From Macrostomum lignano (lineage: Eukaryota): a DNA stretch of 40,105 bases. A program made the translations under genes and the position numbers. The stretch spans positions 1 through 40,105 of the forward strand of contig NIVC01004635.1 in NCBI GenBank assembly GCA_002269645.1, written 5' to 3'. Positions 24,249 through 33,480 of the stretch are shown here, piece by piece. The notes beneath the pieces are model-generated. The model worked only from the letters and a program-made list of their open reading frames with translations. It had not been told where the DNA came from and ran no database searches. Each line of letters begins with the position of its first letter. Within the stretch, counting starts at the first letter, position 1.

Positions 24249-25241
24249 ATGATGCTTCAGCTCTTGTTGCTGCTCATTGTTGGACTCCAACTTGCTGAAT
24301 TAGCCACTCCCGAGCGAACCTATTGGACCAGCCGCGACGGTCTCTCTGACTATGAGGTTGCGAGCTCGCGCTCCATGCGCTCGGAAGTCGAATGCCTCAA
24401 TGTGGCAAGCAGCGAATCCGCTGTGCAGCTGGTGGCGTTCAACGCCAGCTCCGGCCTGTGCGCTCACTTCAGGTGTCGCCTGGACCTGAGCCACTGCAGG
24501 AAGTGCCGGGATGTGAACAAAGGAGATCATCAAGTGTGGGTGAGTCCTGTGTCAGCAGCATTCGCATTAACATAGTCTGAATTGGCACTTTAGCAAAAAA
24601 CTTTTTACATTGCAGACAGCCGGCAGTGACTGCTGGACCACCGTGCAGCACAGGGTGTCCGGCTCAGTGGACTTTTACCGCAACTGGACTCAGTACCAGA
24701 GCGAGTTCGGCGAGGGACCCGATGGAAACTACTGGATCGGTGGGGTTGAAAGCTTTTTAATATTCTGTAATTAAATTTGGATAATTGGAACTATGTTCAA
24801 CTTTTCAACTTCCCAGGCCTGAACTCTCTCCATACTCTGACGTCATCTGGCGCACGGAAGCTGAGGATCCTGATGAAGGACTGGAACGACTCGATTAGCT
24901 GGGCTGAGTACTCCAGCTTCTCAGTGGGTCCCGAGTCGGACAACTACCGGCTGAGCGTGTCCGGCTTCTCCGGCAGCGCCGGCATCGGCGACTCACTGTC
25001 CTACAGCAGCGGCCGGCAGTTCAGCACGAAAGACGTTGATCACGATGCCCACCTGGAAAGCAACTGTGCCAAGGTATATTCCGGTGCCTGGTGGTTTTTC
25101 GCCTGCCACAGTACGCACCCCAATGGAGTTTACAAAAACTTCTCTGAGGCTATCGGTGGTATGTACGCACAGGGCACCATCTGGAACTTAAAATATGGGT
25201 ACTACTACTCGCTGAAGGAGTTCGAGATGATGGTACTGTGA
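24249..25241 (+). CDS. Secreted fibrinogen-related-domain (FReD) protein with an N-terminal Cys-rich PAN/apple-like region; join(24249-24539, 24616-24739, 24817-25241), 279 aa
   Basis: Signal peptide [16 protein letters not shown]. FReD motifs [41 protein letters not shown]. Two GT-AG introns (76 and 77 nt) keep the frame. AATAAA at 25307. Confidence 0.9.
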
Positions 25242-25385
25242 AACTGATTAAAAATCTTAAACAATTTGCGAATTCTTTTGGTCAACAGCCAACCTTAGCA
25301 GCATTCAATAAAACTCTGTCGAAAAATGAGTTGGCCTAGGCTAACCGCCTATTTCATCCATATGGTATTTTCTCTATTTACACTG

Positions 25386-25391
25386 TACGCA
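25386..25391. other. Left 6-bp target-site duplication TACGCA
   Basis: Identical TACGCA at 35922-35927 on the other side of the element. Confidence 0.93.
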
Positions 25392-26062
25392 ACTACTAAG
25401 CAACGGCAGATGGCTCGATTTTGCGAAGGTCCGTCGGGCTGATGTCGGCCTCTAGCACCGCGGCAAGGTGCTCCCTCGGGGTGTACCACCTCCCCCGGGG
25501 TGTACCTCCAGCGGGGTGGGTGTCCAGCGAGTGTACCTCCAGCGGGGTGGGCCTCCCGCGAGTGTACATCCGGCCGGCTGGGCGTCCAGCGAGTGTACCT
25601 TCAGCGCATGGGCCTCCCTCGGGGTGTACATCCGGCGGGGGGATTCCCGCCCCTCCCACCAATGTCGTGTGCACGCGGTTAGTGTAGGAAGGAAACCCCC
25701 GATGCTGACGCAGCCCTGTACACTGAGCAACCGGCCCCCCATGCGGGGGACAGAGAGCAGCCCTGTAGCTGGGGACAGAGAGCAGCCCCTGTAGCAGGAG
25801 GGGTAGTGCGTGGAGAGCCGCCATCCCCCTGTAGCAGGGGACAGATAACAGGCGACCCCTGTAGCAGTATGAGGTGGGGTACAAAGAGACACGGGGTGCT
25901 GGGACAGAGAGTGCGTGGAGGCACCCTGCGCTGCCCTGGCATGTCGCAGCACGCGGCGTGGACAGAGAGGGAGTGTGAGTCACACGGAGGGACAGAGAGC
26001 TTCCCCAGGCCGGGGTGGTAGAGGGACAGACCGGCGGTGAGTGATAGAGAGCTCCCCCCAGG
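25392..26062. repeat. Left terminal inverted repeat (~671 bp)
   Basis: Reverse complement of 35278-35921 apart from nt ~10-18, a ~25-bp extra subrepeat and a few substitutions. Confidence 0.95.
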
Positions 26063-26153
26063 GCAGTAGAGGACTTGAAAAGAAAAAACACGTATTTTAG
26101 TTGTTTCAGGTTCAGGCCATCCGGCAAACAGAGCAAAGCTCTCCAACAGTGTT

Positions 26154-26783
26154 TTATTTAGCATAAACTACGGGGTAGCGCCCCAACACATTAGCATAGT
26201 AGCGAACAGATGCGTTCTGCAAGCAATTAACAATCAAGTAGGAGTAGGGCTCCCTAGTGGCGTCTTCGTACATTTGAACAAAACTTTTTGGGTTAGCGGG
26301 GACAAGCTGCTTTGCAATATGGGCGACTGTACTAACGTCCCGTACATTGCGGAACAATACAAGGTAGTTTGCGTTAAGGGATTGAGTGCGGTGCTCCTTG
26401 CCCTTGGCAAACAGGTTTTGTACAAGGTACCAAAGCCGGAATCCCACATGGCTGACTTTGCGAGTGAAAAATGCGGTAAAAGCAGCGTTTTTTTCCATGG
26501 CTTGCATTTGATCATCGACAACGAGTAGAATATTCGGAGCGGGAACATAGGTTTCAGGGTTAAATGTAGACGAGCGAAAATTGACAGGGTACGGTAATTC
26601 AAACAGTTCCGGGTCTGGATAGTGCCCAAACCAATCAACGCGAACAGGCTTAGGGTCCTGAAAAAACTCGTTTCGCAGCAATTCTTTAACAAGAGTTGTT
26701 TTTCCGCTCTGGTTAACACCAGCAAAAATCGCCGAAGTATTTGGAGCAAACTTTAGAGCGTCAGGATCAATTGTTTGGTACAT
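26154..26783 (-). CDS. A32/FtsK-like genome-packaging ATPase
   Basis: Walker A GVNQSGKTT, Walker B LLVVDD, and the Polinton-type YLVQNLF...RTQSLNANYLVLFRNVRD motif. First ATG at 26783. Confidence 0.93.
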   Translation of the reverse strand: MYQTIDPDALKFAPNTSAIFAGVNQSGKTTLVKELLRNEFFQDPKPVRVDWFGHYPDPELFELPYPVNFRSSTFNPETYVPAPNILLVVDDQMQAMEKNAAFTAFFTRKVSHVGFRLWYLVQNLFAKGKEHRTQSLNANYLVLFRNVRDVSTVAHIAKQLVPANPKSFVQMYEDATREPYSYLIVNCLQNASVRYYANVLGRYPVVYAK

Positions 26784-26817
26784 TTTCAGGGCGAGTTGAC
26801 ACTCCAAATATTAAAAA

Positions 26818-27255
26818 CTATTTTATTTGTAGAACATGTTTTCGAACCATCAAATCATTTTCAAGCAGATTGGTAGAGTAACATTCCCTTAAAATCTTTT
26901 CAATCGACAACCCCTCTAAAAAGTGCTTTTCGGCCACAAAAATCACATGCGGCCCACACGCTACACTTAGAGGGTGTTGAACAGGGTGGCGATTCATAGC
27001 AACAGGTGAATGTACATGCTTCGAGATCCAAGCCGAGAGCAATTCCGGCACGGGTTCAATACACAGAGGGTCAAAAAATGTCACACTCTTATCATCGTGT
27101 AGGCAAATCAGTCCCCAGTGGGTGCCTGGCAGATTACCCGTGTCAAAATTAATTACATATGCAGCAGGGTAAACAGGTGCAGGAATTCTGTCGAGAGGGC
27201 AAACGTGCACTTCCACAGGTAGTTTTAAACACTCCAAAATTTCCAACGTGTTCAT
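26818..27255 (-). CDS. Adenain-like cysteine maturation protease
   Basis: INFD...PGTHW, FFDPL and QHPLSVACG give the His/Asp/Gln/Cys catalytic set. ATGA overlap with the MCP stop. Confidence 0.92.
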   Translation of the reverse strand: MNTLEILECLKLPVEVHVCPLDRIPAPVYPAAYVINFDTGNLPGTHWGLICLHDDKSVTFFDPLCIEPVPELLSAWISKHVHSPVAMNRHPVQHPLSVACGPHVIFVAEKHFLEGLSIEKILRECYSTNLLENDLMVRKHVLQIK

Positions 27256-28535
27256 ACGTAGTCCAGAATGGGCTGGCGGCCTCTAGTGATTTGCACCGCG
27301 TTGTCAAAGTAACCAAACACCAAAACGTTAATCCCGGCAGGTAGGGCTGCAGAAAACTTTATCTGTAGGGTCAGATTCCCTCTCTCGCGAGGCATGCTAT
27401 GTCCACCCAGTTCCATATCGGGCATTAGATTCCACGCAAATAAGCAGTAACCGGCGCGATAATCCGAATATGACAGGTCAATGTCCAAATCGCGATTCAT
27501 TTTCCCTAGGCTCTTAAACAGCATGGCGTATTCGCGAGCATAGTTTTGGGCAGCGAACCTTGGAGTGAATGGTTGACCGCACAGACTGACACCGTCCTTG
27601 TACAGGGCCACACTGTCAGCCCCAAATGGCTCGAAATTGAACGGATTATGGGTAGCCACCCCGTTATATGCGGCACTATTTACCATCCCCATAATGACAA
27701 GTTTAGGCTTCTGCTCCGGGAAAATATTATTGATTGACACGTCGCGAACTCCTACAGCGACAGAGGTGTTGTGTACAACGAGGCGCTCGATGGGGTAGAC
27801 TGCATTCTGAGTTGCCAGCTGTTCTTCAATCTCCAAGGCCAGTTGGGGGTTAGCCTTTACCCGACGAACGTGTAATTTTGCACTTTGAAGAACCAACTTT
27901 GCATCAACCCCTTCGGCGTGATTCTCTACAACGAATCCCGAATTTTGCAGAGTGAGCGTAACCACCATATCAGTGTAGGGTAGCAGCATACGATCGTTGG
28001 TGACAAAAAAGTCGAGACTAAGAGGGCCATACAGGTGAAATGTTCGAGAACCGGCAGCCATCGCCTTGCGAGTTACAAAGCCAGGATTTCCAACCGCAGC
28101 CATTTGACCCCCAGCGTCTTTAGCGTAGCCCATCATCCGCAGTTGGTTAGACTTTGAATCAGACCCATAACTCAAGCATGTACGAATGTACGCCTTGTAG
28201 GCATGGTTGTTGTTGCTAGACTCGATATGTGTACCATTTATGGAAAGAGACACGTTTTTGAACATGGTCTCCAAGAGGTAATTGATTGGCGCCACGTTTG
28301 AATCCGCCGCCAAATCGGCTCCATTAGCTCTTTTAATACAACCTTTAATCTCGAGATCAATGTCATTAAGATCGACAAACGTCTCGCCGCCCACAATTCT
28401 AAACTCAACCACACTCGCATTTTCGACGCTGGCAACCGGGTGGATTTCTTCAGTAGTTGAACCTACAGCGGCAATCTGGTGGGCTCGAGGGGCAAAGAGC
28501 TCAAACTCGGACTTTGTACACAGACACTCGGACAT
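27252..28535 (-). CDS. Major capsid protein (double jelly-roll, Maverick/adintovirus type)
   Basis: 427 aa. CTKSEFELF N-terminus, PINYLLETMFKNV, HAYKAYIRTCLSYG, NPFNFEPF, GYCLFAWNL; position next to the protease and ATPase. Confidence 0.9.
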   Translation of the reverse strand: MSECLCTKSEFELFAPRAHQIAAVGSTTEEIHPVASVENASVVEFRIVGGETFVDLNDIDLEIKGCIKRANGADLAADSNVAPINYLLETMFKNVSLSINGTHIESSNNNHAYKAYIRTCLSYGSDSKSNQLRMMGYAKDAGGQMAAVGNPGFVTRKAMAAGSRTFHLYGPLSLDFFVTNDRMLLPYTDMVVTLTLQNSGFVVENHAEGVDAKLVLQSAKLHVRRVKANPQLALEIEEQLATQNAVYPIERLVVHNTSVAVGVRDVSINNIFPEQKPKLVIMGMVNSAAYNGVATHNPFNFEPFGADSVALYKDGVSLCGQPFTPRFAAQNYAREYAMLFKSLGKMNRDLDIDLSYSDYRAGYCLFAWNLMPDMELGGHSMPRERGNLTLQIKFSAALPAGINVLVFGYFDNAVQITRGRQPILDYV

Positions 28536-28564
28536 GTTTAGTAGACAGACTCGATTCGGCGAAT

Positions 28565-28909
28565 CTAATTGAAGCGGGGCTTTTTATTTATAGTGCTGAA
28601 AATGTCTGAATTGAGACGCTTCGGAGCCTTTTTTCTTCTTCGTCCGCTACCCCTTTGGGTAACAGTGTCTTTAAAGGCGTCCTTGGCAGCCTGAACAGAA
28701 TTGCGCAGGACAGACTCCTTCAAATTGCCTCCTTGCTCGAGGCTATCGTTAACAGTAGTTGCTAGGGCTCTAGTACCATGACGGAGAACGTTTTTACCAA
28801 AACTCTTTAGAATTGGCAGCGCGAAGCGGGCAATGCTTCCAAACAAACCGTTGCCCCTCTGGGCGCCCGCGAAAACAGGCAAAGCTCCACCAATCAGAAT
28901 AGAAGGCAT
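28565..28909 (-). CDS. Basic core protein with protease-type cleavage motifs
   Basis: QRGNGLFGSIARFALPILK amphipathic motif typical of Maverick small core proteins; QRGSG followed by the basic tail RRRKKAPKR. Confidence 0.7.
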   Translation of the reverse strand: MPSILIGGALPVFAGAQRGNGLFGSIARFALPILKSFGKNVLRHGTRALATTVNDSLEQGGNLKESVLRNSVQAAKDAFKDTVTQRGSGRRRKKAPKRLNSDIFSTINKKPRFN

Positions 28910-28952
28910 GATTAAGCACTAGGATATAGTTTACTGAGGCTGTGCTGTTTAT

Positions 28953-30092
28953 TTATAGCTTCTTTTCGCGGATGTTAACGCTCAAGACGGTCTTGCCCCT
29001 CATTACTTTTGTCATATCCCTGCCCATATCATCGTTAATTTGTACTTCAATAGTTTTGAATGGGTGCTTAACCAGCGGTAGATATGCCGGATTGACAAAC
29101 TCGTAGTACTCGCGACCGCCCTGAACTTTGGGATCCATCGGTATAGCTCCCAACAGAGGAACTTTAACGTCTCCTACAATAACAGAATCGACTATGCTCG
29201 AATAGATGTACATTGTTTGTATTCCACCGGTTAATTCCATTGATGTGGCTGCCCCAAAGTCCGATATACCGAAAAATGGGGTTGTATAATCATGCTCTGG
29301 GAAACCAAGCATGCCGGTCAAGCGCCCCAGCCCAAACATGTAATCCATCGAGCCAATGTAATAACACCTATTCGTAACTTCGCTGTATCCGAAAAAGTCC
29401 GTTCTAGGTGCTGGAGCCGCTATGAGATCTTTGATCCGTTTCCAAATTAAATTGTTGAGTTCCTCCACCATTCTTTTAGGTGTACTATAGTATCCTCCCT
29501 GCATAAAAAATATTTGATCAGACGCTGCGCTAGTAACTTGTCTTATTATTGGAGCATGGTCCATTGACTGCACAGTCGGTTCCTCAACAACTGCGGTGAT
29601 GGAGGCTGCACACCCCGCGTGTAATACGAGTTCAGTAGGTAGATCCTCATTAGACTCGAAGCCGGCGACTAGTTTAAACACCTTGGGTAGGGTATCCGGG
29701 AATTTGATGCCGACGGTGGATTTTGAAGTATTCACAATCATAAAGGCGGTTGGGGATGTTCTTAAAAAGACAATTTTCTTATTATCCCCTTCAACGTATC
29801 GGATACCGTTTAGAAAGCCGGAAATACATTCTTCAGGGGTTTTCAGACCCGCTGCGAGACAAAGGTTTGCAAACGACGAAGCCGTCAAGAGGCCCTCCTG
29901 TTCGCGAATGGTGATCGGTATAGATTTTTTGAAAGATTCAAATTCTTTGGTAAAGTAGATCCGTTCGAGGCAAACCTCATGATTCGGAAAGTGGAGAGTG
30001 TCCGGTAAATTAATAAAATAATGAGCCGGATTATTTTCGGGATAGTGCTCGGGGCACGCATTGCTAGGCAGAAAGAGATGCATGGTAGCCAT
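28953..30092 (-). CDS. Minor capsid (penton) protein with a large central insertion
   Basis: N-terminal LFLPSNAC...YPENNPAHYFINLP and C-terminal MYIYSSIVDSVIVGDVKVPLL...Y.PL...F.TIEVQI.DD.G motifs of Polinton mCP. Confidence 0.85.
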   Translation of the reverse strand: MATMHLFLPSNACPEHYPENNPAHYFINLPDTLHFPNHEVCLERIYFTKEFESFKKSIPITIREQEGLLTASSFANLCLAAGLKTPEECISGFLNGIRYVEGDNKKIVFLRTSPTAFMIVNTSKSTVGIKFPDTLPKVFKLVAGFESNEDLPTELVLHAGCAASITAVVEEPTVQSMDHAPIIRQVTSAASDQIFFMQGGYYSTPKRMVEELNNLIWKRIKDLIAAPAPRTDFFGYSEVTNRCYYIGSMDYMFGLGRLTGMLGFPEHDYTTPFFGISDFGAATSMELTGGIQTMYIYSSIVDSVIVGDVKVPLLGAIPMDPKVQGGREYYEFVNPAYLPLVKHPFKTIEVQINDDMGRDMTKVMRGKTVLSVNIREKKL

Positions 30093-30095
30093 GCA

Positions 30096-31174
30096 TTAGT
30101 TATTATTACGTTGACGTATATTTATAACTTCATTTACAGGTACAAATGAATTAAAAGTGTCGGGATAACCGCGCCAGCTAACGTAATGGTGCGCAACACC
30201 ATTTATTAACACGTTTCTACGCAAAACTTTATTGATTACAAAACGCTCGGGTCGGGTAGATTTGGACAGTTCATTGTAGTAAAACCGTCCCTCAATCACT
30301 TCACCAGACAAATCAGAAATACGATAAAAATGTGGGGGTCCAGGACAAACTTTGGATATAATGTACACCTCCTCACTATACATGTCGTACGCCTCCTTGT
30401 CGAATGCCCGCGAGATTTCGAAATTCTCACAAAATCCCCCTTTTTATATACGGGGTCGTCTTTTTGCTGATCCGGGTAGAGCTTTTCCCACACACGCTTC
30501 TGATTGTGGAACCCTACACTTGACGGTTTCATCTCAATAGTAGAATGCGTCGTGTTGTTGTAATTACCTACCAAATTGGGTAAGTAGTCAACCCAACGCC
30601 ACGTGTTGTTGTGCTCAAAGTAGCGAGCCAGACGCTTTCGAAGAGTTCTAATCAGCCTCTCGGCCATGTTTGCCTTGTACACAGAGTTGGTGCTGTACAT
30701 TTTAACATTATTGTCTTTTAGTATGCGGCGCATTCGCTGATTATAAAACTCGGTACCCCGATCCACGTGCAGGTAAAGGGGGCGGGCAGGGAAATCATTC
30801 GCCAACATTGACTCAAACGCTGCGGGGGTATCACTCTTTAGTTTAATTGCCCTACAAAAAGCCTGCTTACTAAGCACATCAATAACAACTAGTATATATT
30901 TATGTCCGTCATTCCAACGTTTGTATCGCGACATGTCCATCAAATCGGCTTGTAGAGTTTCCATGAATCCTCCCGACATTACTTTTCCCGTTTTAAATGT
31001 CCTGTTGACTCTCCGGTGACGGGTGTAACTCGGTTGGGTTTCTAGCCATTCCCTGGTTTGGCGTCTTGTCAGGTTTGGCGCCAGACGTTTGGCCTCCTGA
31101 TAGACACGGGCAGCATTTGAAAAAGCGGCGGCTCCTTGTTCGTAAACTCGACGAAGAGCGGTTAGAGCCCTCAT
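30096..31174 (-). CDS. Retroviral-like (rve) integrase with C-terminal chromodomain; split by a 1-nt deletion at the C3 run 30407-30409
   Basis: QADLMDM, VVIDVLSK, HVDRGTEF and AERLIRTLR supply the DDE triad. The downstream frame gives YSEEVY...EGRFYYNEL...YVSWRGYPDTFNSFV. One extra G gives KSRGAFDKEAYDMYSEE. Confidence 0.92.
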
Positions 31175-31286
31175 TGACAACAAGTGTGGATGCACAGCAT
31201 GAATAGTTGCACGTAATGTCGGCTGGGGAGTTGTCTACACAAAGCTTTGACGCGGCGGCTGCTGCGCCCATGACCGCCGGGCGCGG

Positions 31287-31922
31287 TTATGTATGGATTA
31301 GGGTTCTATTTATAAAGAGTATCGTATTTTCTTCCGGGGGTCTTAGTTGGTAATCGTGATATTTACCCACCCGGCCTTGATCCACAAGTTTGGGCATAGC
31401 ATTTACACCTTTGTTGCGCGTGGTCGTTAAATCGCGGGTGTCTGTCGCAATTGTGTGCTCATATTCATCGCGGTAATCGTCGGTACCAACCATATGGTCA
31501 ACCTTCTTTTCCTCCACAGGGAGCTGTTTCCGACCGAGCATAGACATTGGTATACGGGCCTTGTCTAGCAGAGCCCAGAAAGCGGTCGAATATTTCGGGT
31601 GATTATTAGTGTTGGTGGTGACGGCTTGTAGAAGATCAAAAACGTTGCTGCCACCCCAAGTTTCACCATCAAAAACGACTTCCCACGATTGGTTGTAATT
31701 TAGGCTGGGGTGCTTTTCTGTTAGTATATTCCATATACGTTGTTGCCTATCAGAAAATAGCTGCTTTGTCGTCTTTTGGGGTTTTACTTTAGCCAATTGG
31801 GTCTGTAGCTTTGCATTGTACTCTACAAGTTTTTCGTACTCCGATTTTGGGGCAATTTCTCGCGGAGTACCCTGTCTAAGCTGATTGAATTCCTCCTCGG
31901 GGACCACAACGTACTTGTCCAT
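31287..31922 (-). CDS. Conserved Maverick protein of unknown function
   Basis: MDKYVVVPEEEF start and a W.VVFDG...GSNVFDLL...FWALL...IP core, as recalled from Maverick conserved ORFs. Confidence 0.65.
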   Translation of the reverse strand: MDKYVVVPEEEFNQLRQGTPREIAPKSEYEKLVEYNAKLQTQLAKVKPQKTTKQLFSDRQQRIWNILTEKHPSLNYNQSWEVVFDGETWGGSNVFDLLQAVTTNTNNHPKYSTAFWALLDKARIPMSMLGRKQLPVEEKKVDHMVGTDDYRDEYEHTIATDTRDLTTTRNKGVNAMPKLVDQGRVGKYHDYQLRPPEENTILFINRTLIHT

Positions 31923-31924
31923 TT

Positions 31925-32314
31925 TCAACGTCGTTGTCCTAGCAGACCACCAAACAGTCCAGTGATTAACGGAGCAGCAATCTTGGCGAGAATTGGTAGG
32001 AATCCTCCAACTTGAGGGTCCGATAGTATCATATTCTTCTTCCTATTTATAGACAGTTTTTTGTCGGCCATGTCATGCAGGGCTTCTCTATAACGTTTCA
32101 ACCTTGCAAACTGTCTAGGGGATAGATCGATATTGCCCTTGAGTACATTGTGGCTTAACTCGCACAGACACTGCATCAACTCATTATCGGCTCCCCTAAT
32201 AATGGCCCTCCTTCGATGTGGTCGCGCGTCACCGAGCTCCTCTAGCTCGCGACGGCAAGAACAAAGACGAGAAATTCCGTTTGTCATTATTAAGGTGGTA
32301 AGCATTGCGTGCAT
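31925..32314 (-). CDS. Conserved Maverick small protein with a GGFLP amphipathic C-terminus (adenovirus pX-like, membrane-active candidate)
   Basis: LCELSHNVLKGNIDLS...RKKNMIL...QVGGFLPILAKIAAPLITGLFGG. Confidence 0.75.
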   Translation of the reverse strand: MHAMLTTLIMTNGISRLCSCRRELEELGDARPHRRRAIIRGADNELMQCLCELSHNVLKGNIDLSPRQFARLKRYREALHDMADKKLSINRKKNMILSDPQVGGFLPILAKIAAPLITGLFGGLLGQRR

Positions 32315-32352
32315 ACATGTGCATATTTTGTTTATTTATAAGCAAAGCATAA

Positions 32353-32871
32353 TTAGAGTTGCAGAATAGCAGTCACGTGGTCGTACATTTTACACAGTTC
32401 GTCATAGTTTCGTATTCCTAGGAACACTAACCGACCATTCTTTCCGCACAGCAGGCACTTGGCCTTGCGGAATGGGGACTTTATTACAAGCCCATTGAAT
32501 ACCTCACTCTCCCACTCAACCCAGCGCGAGCTCGAGTTGGCAAGGCGGAAAAAGTTTGGCTTAACATTAACTTCTGCACGATAAGTACCGGTAGTGATAA
32601 CAACAGAGTTTGGTTTACATTGAGCAAAAAGACGCAGCACATCGTTGGTTGATTGGCAACCAAAAACAATGGCAGATAATGAACGTTTGAAAAAGTTTAT
32701 TGTACACTTTCCGATCCTCAGGTTGTACAATGCCCGGGGTCTATGAAACGTTCTAGCGCGCGCCCAGTCCAAGTTCGGTAGGTGGTTCCACCTTGCGCAA
32801 AACACCCTGTTTACGCACACGACGTTCTGCAAGCGGTTTTTTCGGTTGCTTTTGTTTCCGCTCAGCTCCAC
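32353..32871 (-). CDS. TATA-binding-protein (TBP)-like protein; no in-frame ATG
   Basis: Two-repeat layout. RLQNVVCVN resembles TBP QLQNIVSTVN. WESEVFNGLVIK...NGRLVFLG...ELCKMYDHVTAIL resembles YEPELFPGLIYR...SGKVVLTG...EIYEAFENIYPIL. Manual alignment only. Confidence 0.7.
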   Translation of the reverse strand: MELSGNKSNRKNRLQNVVCVNRVFCARWNHLPNLDWARARTFHRPRALYNLRIGKCTINFFKRSLSAIVFGCQSTNDVLRLFAQCKPNSVVITTGTYRAEVNVKPNFFRLANSSSRWVEWESEVFNGLVIKSPFRKAKCLLCGKNGRLVFLGIRNYDELCKMYDHVTAILQL

Positions 32872-33432
32872 CAGCTCCGCGCTTGCGTCCTACCTTGATT
32901 TTTAACGGTGGAATCCAGTAGCAGCGGTCAAACGCCTGCTTGGGAGCTTCTATGAATTGCAGTTGTTGAATTTTGGTACCGCGGTTAGAACCGAGTCGTG
33001 AATCACCGCCGTGTCTAGGGCGAACAGTACTCTATAGTAGCCCGTCTTGTTCTTGTAGTCGGTGCACAACTTGCCGCTCTTGTCGTACATTTTAAAGTCG
33101 TGAGCCAATCCGAATGCAGCGCTGTCGCAGCCAAAAGTGGGGTTGTACCCCAATAGCGCCATTCCTTGGATAGAGAGCTGGTGACACACGGAATTGAACG
33201 CTTCTGGTATGCAGCTCTCCAAGTGCTTTTGGGAAAGAATGATGAATTCGCGGCCTTCATTGTCGGTTCTCACACCCTTGACAATCAGTACGGGCGTCGC
33301 ATTGGCAAGATAGAGAGGGCCCTGTTCGTCGTACTCAATGTCGTACGTCTCGGTTCCGTTGTAGCTTGGACCTCTCGACTTGAGAGAGAATAGGTCGATC
33401 CTAACACTATTGTAGTCTTGAACGGTATCCAT
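32753..33432 (-). CDS. Putative ssDNA-binding (OB-fold-like) protein; likely 1-nt deletion at the T4 run 32971-32974 (corrected length 226 aa)
   Basis: The ORF from ATG 33432 stops at 32950. One extra A continues it as VPKIQQLQFIEAPKQAFDRCYWIPPLKIK plus a basic tail to 32753. The SSB assignment is a weak pattern match. Confidence 0.4.
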
Positions 33433-33480
33433 GTTGCTGCTGCTGTTGCTGAGAGTGGGTCTCACACCCTGAGCGCCTCC

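Noticed and set aside
25396-26136. ORFs of 150-250 aa within both TIRs (also 35192-35917)
   Set aside because: GC-rich subrepeat DNA is open in many frames on both strands, with low-complexity translations and no motifs.
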